NCBI GenBank assembly: GCA_964016885.1
Contig: OZ024741.1
Location: forward strand, 404,178,001-404,242,000
Source: Eledone cirrhosa
Lineage: Eukaryota
Length of the DNA: 64,000 bases
Reading direction: 5' to 3'
In this document: positions 1 to 10,950 of the stretch, piece by piece
Position numbering within the stretch: position 1 is the stretch's first letter
How the letters are laid out: the number at the start of each line of letters is the position of its first letter
Translations under genes and position numbers: made by a program
The notes under the pieces: model-generated
What the model saw: the letters and a program-made list of their open reading frames with translations, nothing else
Database searches by the model: none
Told to the model about the DNA's origin: nothing

Positions 1-3000
1 CACACTACCACCATTCCCTCCTTAACCAGCCTCACACTAGCACCATTCCCTCCTTAGCCATCCTCACACTACCACCATTCCCTCCTTAACCATCCTCACA
101 CTACCACCATTCCCTCCTTAACCAGCCTCACACTACCACCACACTCTCCTTAGCCAGCCTCACGCTACCACCATTCCCTCCTTAACCAGCCTCACACTAG
201 CACCATTCCCTCCTTAGCCATCCTCACACTACCACAATTCCCTCCTTAACCAGCCTCACACTACCACAATTCCCTCCTTAACCAGCCTCACACTACCACC
301 ATTCCCTCCTCATCCAGCCTCACACTACCACCATTCCCTCCTTAGCCAGCCCCACACTACCACCACTCCCTCTTTAGCCAGACTCACACTACCACCAATC
401 CCTCCTTAGTCAGTCTCACGCTCGCACCATTCCCTCCTCAGCCACCCTCACGCTACCACCATTCTCTCCTTAGCCAGCCTCACACTACCACCACTCTCTC
501 CTTAGCCAGCCTCACACTACCACCATTCCTTCCTTTGCCACCCTCACGCTACCGCCATTCCCTCCTTAGCAACTCTCACACTACCATCATTCCTCTCTTA
601 GCCAGCCTCACACTACCACCACTCCCTCCTTAGCCAGCCTCACACTACCACCATTCCCTCTTTAGCCAGCCTTACACTACCACCATTCCCTCCATAGCCA
701 GACTCACACTACCACCATTCTCTTCTTAGCCAGCCTCACACTACCACCATTCCCTCCTTAACCAGCCTCACACTACCACTACTCCCTCATTAACCAGCCT
801 CACACTACCACCAGTCCCTCCTTATCCACCTTAACGCTACCACTATTCCCTCCTTAAACATCCTCACGCTACCACCATTCCCTCCTTAGCCAGCCTCACG
901 CTACCACCATTCACTCCTTAGCCAGCCTCACACTACCTCCATTCCTTCCTTAGCCAGATCCACACTACCACCACTCCCTCCTTAGCCAGCCTCACACTAC
1001 CACCATTCTCTCCTTAGCCAGCCTTACACTACCACCATTCACTCCTTAGCCAGCCTCACACTACCACCATTCTCTCCTTAGCCAGCCTCACACTACCACT
1101 ATTCCCTCCTTAAACAGCCTCACGCTACCACCATTCACTCCTTAGCCAGCCTCACACTACCACCACTCCCTCCTTAACCAGCCTCACACTACCTCCATTC
1201 CTTCCTTAGCCAGACCCACACTACCACCACCCCCTCCTTAGCCAGATTCACACTACCACCATTCTCTCCTTAAAAACCCTCACACTACCACCACGCGCTC
1301 CTTAGCCAGCCTCACACTACCACCATTCCTTCCTTAGCCAGCCTCACACTACCACCACTCCCTCCTTAGCCAGCCTCACACTACCACCATTCGCTCCTTA
1401 GCCAGCCTCACATTACCACCATTCCCTCCTTAGCCACCCTCACACTACCACCATTCCCTCCTTAGCCAGCCTCACACTACCACCATTCCCTCCTTAGACA
1501 GCCCCACATATAGCACCACTCCCTCCTTAGCCAGCCTCACACTACCACCATTCCCTCCTTAGCCAGCCTCACACTACCACCATTCCCTCCTTAGCCAGCC
1601 TCACACTACCACCATTCCCTCCTTAGCCAGCCTCACGCTACCACCATTCTCTCCTTAGCCAGATTCACACTACCACCATTCCCTCCTTAACCACCCTCAC
1701 ACTACCTCCATTCCCTCCTTAGCCAGCCTCACACTACCACCATTCCCTCCTTAGCCAGCCTCACACTACCACCATTCCCTCCTTAGCCAGCCTCACGCTA
1801 CCACCATTCCCTCCTTAGCCAGATTCACACTACTACCATTCCCTCCTTAACCAGACTCACACTACCATCATTCACTCCTTAAAAACCCTCACACTGCCAC
1901 CACTACGTCCTTAGCCAGCCTCACGCTACCACCATTCCCTCCTTAGCCAGCCTCACACTACCACCATTCCCTCCTTAGCCAATGTCACACTACTACCATT
2001 CCCTCCTTAGCCAGCCTCACACTACCACCAATCCCTCCTTAGACAGCTTCACACTACCACCATTCCCTTCTTAGCCAGCCTCACACTACACCATTCCCTC
2101 CTTAACCACCCTCACACTACCACCATTCCCTCCTTAGCCAGCCTCACACTACCATCATTCGCTCCTTAAAAACCCTCACACTACCACCACACCCTCCTTA
2201 ACCACCCTCACACTACCTCCATTCCCTCCTTAGCCAGCCTCACACTACCACCATTCCCTCCTTAGCCAGCCTCACACTACCACCATTCCCTCCTTAGCCA
2301 GCCTCACATAGACCACCACTTCCTCCTTAGCCAGCCTCACACTACCACCATTCCCTCCTTAGCCAGCCTCACATATACCACCACTCCCTCCTTAGCCAGC
2401 CTCACGCTACTACCATTCTCTTCTTAGCCAGCCTCACACTACCACAATTCCCTCCTTAAACAACCTCAGGCTACCACCATTCCCTCCTTAGCCAGTCTCA
2501 CGATACCACTATTCCTTCCTTAGCCACCCTCACACTACCACCGTTCCCTCCTTAGCCAGTCTCACGCTACCACCATTCTCTCCTTAGCCAGGCTCACACT
2601 ACCACCATTCCTGCCTCAGCTAACCTCACGCTACCACCATTCCCTCCTTAGCCAGTCTCACGGTACTACCATTCCCTCCTTAGCCAGTCTCAAGCTACCC
2701 CCATTCCCTCCTTAGCCAGTCTCACGCTACCACCATTCCTTCCTTAGCCACACTCACACTACCACCATTCCCTCCTTAGCCAGCCTCACACTACCACCAT
2801 TCCCTCCTTAACCAGCCTCACACTACCACCACTCTCTCCTTAGCCAGCCTCACGCTACCACCATTCCCTCCTTAACCAGCCTCACACTACCACCATTCCC
2901 TCCTTAGCCATCCTCACACTACCACCATTCCCTCCTTAACCAGCCTCACACTACCACAATTCCCTCCTTAACCAGCCTCACACTACCACCATTCCCTCCT

Positions 3001-6000
3001 TAACCAGCCTCACACTACCACCACTCCCTCCTTAGCCAGCCTCCCACTACCACCAATCCCTCTTTAGCCAGTCTCACGCTACCATCATTCCCTCCACATC
3101 CAGCCTCACACTACCACCATTCCCTCCTTAGACAGCCCCACACTACCACCACTCCCTCTTTAGCCAGCCTCACACTACCACCATTCCCTCCTTAGCAAGC
3201 CTCACAATACCACCATTCCCTCCTCAGCCACCCTCACGCTACCACCATTCTCTCCTTAGCCAGCCTCACACTACCACCATTCCTTCTTTGCCACCCTCAC
3301 GCTACCGCCATTCGCTCCTTAGCCACCCTCACGCTACCACCATTCCCTCCTTAGCCAGTCTAACGCTAGCACCATTCCCTCCTTAACCAGCCTCACACTA
3401 CCACCACTCCCTCCTTAGCCAGCCTCACACTACCACCATTCCCTCTTTAGCCAGCCTTACACTACCACCATTCCCTCCATAGCGACCCTCACACTACCAC
3501 CATTCCATCTTTAACCAGCCTCACAATACCACCATTCCCTACTTAGCCATCATCACACTACCACCACTCCCTCCTTAACCAGCCCCACCCTACCACCATT
3601 CCCTCCTTAGCCAGACTCACACTACCACCATTCTCTTCTTAGCCAGCCTCACACTACCACCATTCCCTCCTTAACCAGCCTCACACTACCACTACTCCCT
3701 CATTAACCAGCCTCACACTACCACCAGTCCCTCCTTATCCACCCTCACACTACCACCATTCTCTCCTTAGCCAGCTTCACACTACCACTATTCCCTCCTT
3801 AAACAGCCTCACGCTACCACCATTCTTTCCTTAGCCAGACCCACACTACCACCACTCCCTCCTTAACCAGCTTCACACTACCACCATTCCCTCCTTAAAA
3901 ACCCTCACACTACCACCACACCCTCCTTAGCCACCCTCACACTACCACCATTCCTTCCTTAGCCAGCCTCACATATACCACCACTCCCTCCTTAGCCAGC
4001 CTCACACTACCACCATTCGCTCCTTAGCCAGCCTCACTTTACCACCATTCCCTCCTTAGCCACCCTCACACTACCACCATTCCCTCCCTAGCCAGCCTCA
4101 CACTACCACCATTCCCTCCTTAGACAGCCCCACATATAGCACCACTCCCTCCTTAGCCAGCCTCACACAACCACCATTCCCTCCTTAGCCAGCCTCACAC
4201 TACCACCATTCCCTTCTTAGCCAGCCTCACACTACCACAATTCCCTCCTTAACCACCCTCACACTACCCCCCTTCCCTTGTTAGCCAGCCTCACACTACC
4301 ACTATTCCCTCCTTAGCCAGCGTCACACTACCACCATTCCCTCCTTAACCACACTCACACTAACGCCATTCCCTCCTTAGCCAGCCTAACACTACCACCA
4401 TTCCCTCCTTAGCCAGCCTCACACTACCACCATTCCCTCCTTAGCCAGCCTCACGCTACCACCATTCCCTCCTTAGCCAGACCCACACTACCACCACTCC
4501 CTCCTTAGCCAGATTCACGCTACCATCATTCGCTCCTTAAAAACCCTCACACTACCACCACACCCTCCTTAACCACCCTCACACTACCTCCATTCCCTCC
4601 TTAGCCAGCCTCACACTACCACCATTCCCTCCTTAGCCAGCCTCACACTACCACCATTCCCTCCTTAGCCAGCCTCACGCTACCACCATTCCCTCCTTAG
4701 CCAGACCCACACTACCACCACTCCCTCCTTAGCCAGACTCACACTACCACCACTCCCTCCTTAGCCAGACCCACACTACCACCACTCCCTCCTTAGCCAG
4801 CCTCACGCTACCACCATTCCCTCCTTAGCCAGCCTCACACTACCACCATTCCCTCCTTAGCTAATGTCACACTACCACCATTCCCTCCTTAGCCAGCCTC
4901 ACACTACCACCATTCCCTCCTTAGACAGCCCCGCATATGGCACCACTCCCTCCTTAGATAGCCTCACACTACCACCATTCCCTCCTTAGCCAGCCTCACA
5001 CTACCACCATTCCCTCCTTAACCACCTTCTCACTACCAACATTCCCTCCTTAGCCAGCCTCACACTACCACCATTCCCTCCTTAGCCAGCCTCACATATA
5101 CCACCACTCCCTCCTTAGCCAGCCTCACGCTACTACCATTCTCTTCTTAGCCAGTCTCACGCTACCACAATTCCCTCCTTAGCCAGTCTCACGCTACCAC
5201 TATTCCTTCCTTAGCCAACCTCACACTACCACCATTCCCTGCTTAACCAGCCTCACCCTACCACCATTCCCACCTTAGCCAGACTCACACTACCACCATT
5301 CCTTCCTTAGCCACCCGCAGTCTACCACCATTCCCTACTTAGCCAGCCTCAGGCTACCACCATTCCCTCCTTAGCCAGCCTCACACTACCACCATTCCCT
5401 CCTTAAAAACCCTCACACTACCACTACGCCCTCATTAGCCAGCCTCACACTACTACCATTCCTTCCTTAGCCAGCCTCACATATACCACCACTCCCTCCT
5501 TAGCCAGCCTCACACTACCACCATTCGCTCCTTAGCCAGCCTCACACTACCACCTTTCCCTCCTTAGCCAGCCTCACACTACCACCATTCCTTCCTTAGC
5601 CAGCCTCACACTACCACCTTTCCCTCCTTAGCCAGCCTCACACTACCACCATTCCTTCCTTAGCCAGCCTCACACTACCACCTTTCCCTCCTTAGCCAGC
5701 CTCACACTACCACCATTCCTTCCTTAGCCACCCTCACACTTCCACCATTCCTTCCTTAGCCAGCCTCACACTACCACCACTCCCTCATTAACCAGCCTCA
5801 CACTACCACCATTCCCTCCTTAGCCAGCCTCACGCTACTACCATTCTCTTCTTAGCCAGCCTCACACTACCACCACTCCCTCATTAACCAGCCTCACACT
5901 ACCACCATGCCCTCCTTAGCCAGGCTCAGGCTACCACCATTCCCTCCTTAGCCACCCTCACACTACCACCATTCCCTCCTTAGCCACCCTCACACTACCA

Positions 6001-6602
6001 ACATTCCCTCCTTAACCAGCCTCACACTACCACCATTCCCTCCTTAGCCAGTCTCACGCTACCCCCATTCCCTCCTTAGCCACCCTCACACTACCACCAT
6101 TCCCTCCTTAGTCAGCCTCACACTACCAGCACACCCTCCATAGCCACCCTCACACTACCACCACTCTCTCCTTAGCCACCCTCACACTACCACCATTCCC
6201 TCCTTAGTCAGCCTCACACTACCACCATTCCCTCCTTAGCCAGTCTCACATTACCACCATTCCCTCCTTAGTCACCCTCACGCTACCACCACTCCCTCCT
6301 TATCCACCCTCACACTGCCACCATTCCCTCCTTAGCCAGCCTCACACTACCACCATTCCCTCCTTAGCCAGCATCACGCTACCACCTATCCCTCCTTAGC
6401 CAGCCTCACACTACCACCATTCCCTCCTTAGCCAGCATCACGCTACCACCTATCCCTCCTTAGCCAGCCTCACGCTACCACCATTCCTTCCTTAGCCACC
6501 CTCACACTACCACCATTCCCTCCTTAGCCACCCTCACACAACCACCATTCCCTCCTTAGCCAGCCTCACACTACCACCATTCCCTCGTTAGCCAGCCTCA
6601 CG
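1..6602. repeat. Tandem array A: C-rich 32-bp minisatellite/satellite, about 206 copies, truncated by the left window edge
   Basis: Monomer CACACTACCACCATTCCCTCCTTAGCCAGCCT starts at 1, 33, 65, 97, 129 and so on. The consensus has 16 C, 7 A, 7 T and 2 G. Most copies carry 0-3 substitutions (TAGCC/TAACC, CACACT/CACGCT, CCATT/CCACT). Periodicity stops after ...GCCAGCCTCACG at 6602. Confidence 0.98.
100..5450. repeat. Diverged higher-order duplication (about 2.6-2.9 kb) within array A
   Basis: Rare variant strings recur in the same order: CTCTCCTTAGCCAGCCTCACGCT...GCCATCCTC (~141 and ~2831), CCACTACTCCCTCATTAACC...CCAGTCCCTCCTTATCC (~776 and ~3689), AGACAGCCCCACATATAGCACC (~1497 and ~4122). Confidence 0.7.
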
Positions 6603-6781
6603 GTCCCACGATGTCTATTTTTAACACCAAACAAAGTCCTGTACATATCACCTATCACATCTTGATTGTATTACCAATACCACTAGTAACACCATCACAC
6701 CAGCTAGTAGAATATATATCAACACTCAGATCATCGGCAAAAGTAATAATACCAATGAATGCTATCATTACCACAAACAAC
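6603..6781. other. Non-periodic AT-rich linker (about 180 bp) between arrays A and B
   Basis: This is the only stretch in the window without 32-bp periodicity. It runs from GTCCCACGATG to ACAAACAAC and is followed directly by the first array B motif, CAGTATGTC, at 6782. Confidence 0.93.
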
Positions 6782-9559
6782 CAGTATGTCCCGTACCATT
6801 ATCTTCTATGTAACAGTGTGTCCCCTACCATGATCTTACCTGTAACAGTATGTCCCCTACGATGATCTTATATGTAACAGTTCGTCCCCTACCATGATCT
6901 TATATGTAACAGTATGTCCCCTACCATATATCTTATATGTAACAGTATGTCCCCTACCATATATCTTACCTGTAACAGTATGTCCCCTACCATATATCTT
7001 ATATGTAACAGTATGTCCCCTACCATGATCTTATCTGTAACAGTATGTCCCCTACCATGATCTTATCTGTAACAGTATGTCCCCTACCATGATCTTATAT
7101 GTAACAGTATGTACCCTACCATATATCTTACCTGTAACAGTATGTCCCCTACCATATATCTTATATGTAACAGTATGTCTCCTACCATGATCTTATATGT
7201 AACAGTATGTCCCCTACCATGATCTTATATGTAAAAGTATGTCCCCTACCATATATCTTATATGTAACAGTATGTCCCCTACCATAATCTTATATGTAAC
7301 AGTATGTCCACTACCATATATCTTATATGTAACAGTATGTCCCCTACCATATATCTTACCTGTAACAGTATGTCCCCTACCATATATCTTATATGTAACA
7401 GTATGTCCCCTACCATGATCTTATCTGTAACAGTATGTCCCCTACCATGATCTTATCTGTAACAGTATGTCCCCTACCATGATCTTATATGTAACAGTAT
7501 GTCCCCTACCATATATCATATCTATAACAGTATGTCCCCTACCATATATCTTATATGTAACAGTATGTCCACTACCATAAATCTTATCTGTAACAGTATG
7601 TCCCCTACCATGATCTTATATGTAACAGTATGTCCACTACCATATATCTTATATGTAACAGTATGTCCCCTACCATGATGTTATATGTAACAGTATGTCC
7701 CCTAACATGACCTTCTATGTAACAGTATGTCCCCTACCATGATCTTATCTGTAACAGTATGTCCCCTACCATGATCTTATATGTAACAGTATGTCCCCTA
7801 CCATGATCTTATTTGCAACAGTATGTCCCCTACCATATATCATATCTGTAACAGTATGTCTCCTACCATGATCTTATATGTAACAGTATGTCCCCTACCA
7901 TGTTCTTACCTGTAACAGTATGTCCCCTACCATATATCTTATATGTAACAGTATGTTCCCTACCATGAATTTACCTGTAACAGTATGTCCCCTACCATAT
8001 ATCTTATATGTAACAGTATGTCCCCTACCATGATCTTATATGTAACAGTATGTCCCCTACCATGATCTTATATGTAACAGTATGTCCCCTACCATATATC
8101 TTGTATGTAACAGTATGTCCCCTACCATGATCTTATCTGTAACAGTATGTCCCCTACCATGATCTTATATGTAACAGTATGTCCCCTACCATATATCTTA
8201 TCTGTAACAGTATGTACCCCACCATGATCTTATATGTAACAGTATGTCCACTACCATGATCTTATATGTAACAGTATGTCTCCTACCATATATCTTATCT
8301 GTAACAGTATGTCCCCTACCATGATCTTATATGTAACAGTATATCCCCTACCATATATCTTATATGTAACAGTATGTCCCCTACCAACATCTTATATGTA
8401 ACAGTATGTCCCCCACCATGATCTTATATGTAACAGTATGTCCCCTACAATATATCTTGTATGTAACAGTATGTCCCCTACCATGATCTTATCTGTAACA
8501 GAATGTCCCCTACAATGATCTTATATGTAACAGTATGTCCCCTACCATGATCTTATATGTAACAGTATGTCCCCTACCATGATCTTATATGTAACAGTAT
8601 GACTCCTACCATATATCTTATCTGTAACAGTATGTCCCCTACCATGATCTTATATGTAACAGTATGTCCCCTACCATATATCTTATATGTAACAGTATGT
8701 CCCTACCATGATCTTATATGTAACAGTATGTCCCCTACCATGATCTTATATGTAACAGTATGTCCCCTACCATATATCTTGTATGTAACAGTATGTCCCC
8801 TACCATGATCTTATCTGTAACAGAATGTCCCCTACAATGATCTTATATGTAACAGTATGTCCCCTACCATGATCTTATATGTAACAGTATGTCCCCTACC
8901 ATGATCTTATATGTAACAGTATGTCCCCTACCATATATCTTATATGTAACAGTATGTCCCCTACCATGATCTTATAAGTAACAGTATGTCCCCTACCATG
9001 ATCTTATATGTAACAGTATGTCCCCTACCATATATCTTATCTGTAACAGTATGTCCCCTACCATGATCTTATATGTAACAGTATGTCCCCTACCATGATC
9101 TTATATGTAACAGTATGTCCCCTACCATATATCTTATCTGTAACAGTATGTACCCTACCATGATCTTATATGTAACAGTATGTCCCCTACCATGATATTA
9201 TATGTAACAGTATGTCTCCTACCATATATCTTACATGTAACAGTATGTCCCCTACCATGATCTTATCTTTAACAGTATGTCCCCTACCATATATCTCATA
9301 TGTAACAGTATGTCCCTTACCAAGATCTTATCTGTAACAGTATGTCCCCTACGATGATCTTATATGTAACAGTTTGTCCCCTACCATGATCTTATATGTA
9401 ACAGTATGTCCCCTACCATATATCTTGTATGTAACAGTATGTCCCCTACCATGATCTTATCTGTAACAGAATGTCCCCTACAATGATCTTATATGTAACA
9501 GTATGTCCCCTACCATGATTTTATATGTAACAGTATGTCCCCTACCATATATCTTATCT

Positions 9560-10950
9560 ATAACAGTATGTCCCCTACCATATATCTTATATGTAACAGT
9601 ATGTCCCCTACCATATATCTTATCTATAACAGTATGTCCCCTACCATATATCTTATATGTAACAGTATGTCCCCTACCATAATCTTATATGTAACAGTAT
9701 GTACCCTACCATATATCTTACCTGTAAAAGTATGTCCCCTACCATATATCTTATATGTAACAGTATGTCCCCTAACATGATCTTACCTGTAACAGTATGT
9801 CCCCTACCATGATCTTATATGTAACAGTATGTCCCCTACCATATATCTTATGTGTAACAGTATGTCCCCTACCATGATCTTATATGTAACAGTATGTCCC
9901 CTACCATATATCTTATATGTAACAGTATGTCCCTACCATGATCTTATATGTAACAGTATGTCCCCTACCATATATTTTATATGTAACAGTATGTCTCCTA
10001 CCATGATCTTATATGTAACAGTATGTCCCCTACCATGTTCTTACCTGTAACAGTATGTCCCCTACCATATATCTTATATGTAACAGTATGTTCCCTACCA
10101 TGAATTTACCTGTAACAGTATGTCCCCTACCATATATCTTATATGTAACAGTATGTCCCCTACCATGATCTTATATGTAACAGTATGTTCCCTACCATGA
10201 TCTTATCTGTAACAGTATGTCCCCTACCATGATCTTATATGTAACAGTATGTCTCCTACCATGATCTTATATGTAACAGTATGTCCCCTACCATATATCT
10301 TATATGTAACAGTATGTCCCCTACCATATATCTTATCTATAACAGTATGTCCCCTACCATATATCTTATATGTAACAGTATGTCCCCTACCATAATCTTA
10401 TATGTAACAGTATGTACCCTACCATATATCTTACCTGTAAAAGTATGTCCCCTACCATATATCTTATATGTAAAAGTATGTCCCCTAACATGATCTTACC
10501 TGTAACAGTATGTCCCCTACCATGATCTTATATGTAACAGTATGTCCCCTACCATATATCTTATGTGTAACAGTATGTCCCTACCATGATCTTATATGTA
10601 ACAGTATGTCCCCTACCATATATTTTATATGTAACAGTATGTCTCCTACCATGATCTTATATGTAACAGTATGTCCCCTACCATGTTCTTACCTGTAACA
10701 GTATGTCCCCTACCATATATCTTATATGTAACAGTATGTTCCCTACCATGAATTTACCTGTAACGGTATGTCCCCTACCATATATCTTATATGTAACAGT
10801 ATGTCCCCTACAATGATCTTATATGTAACAGTATGTTCCCTACCATGATCTTATCTGTAACAGTATGTCCCCTACCATGATCTTATATGTAACAGTATGT
10901 CTCCTACCATGATCTTATATGTAACAGTATGTCCCCTACCATATATCTTA
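9560..10950. repeat. Tandem duplication of about 0.65-0.71 kb in array B, with a further copy 3658 bp downstream of the first
   Basis: The marker CCTGTAAAAG occurs at 9721, 10434 and 13379 with the same downstream variants. The ORFs at 9829 and 13487 are near-identical and offset by 3658. Confidence 0.75.

Noticed and set aside
1-6602. Telomeric repeat (CCTTAACC/CCTTAGCC resembles CCCTAA/CCTAA, C-rich strand at the left)
   Set aside because: There is only one imperfect motif per 32 bp and no tandem telomeric units. A subtelomeric position cannot be judged from this window.
6680-6710. Helitron 3' end or hairpin (CCACTAG...CTAGTAG)
   Set aside because: It is only a 6/7-bp inverted match built on self-palindromic CTAG, with no GC-rich hairpin upstream of the CTRR. 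This is expected by chance.
6611-6865. 84-aa ORF spanning the linker and the first B monomers
   Set aside because: It is short, has no recognisable motif and its last third is satellite. A chance ORF is likely, although a small exon in the linker cannot be excluded without RNA data.
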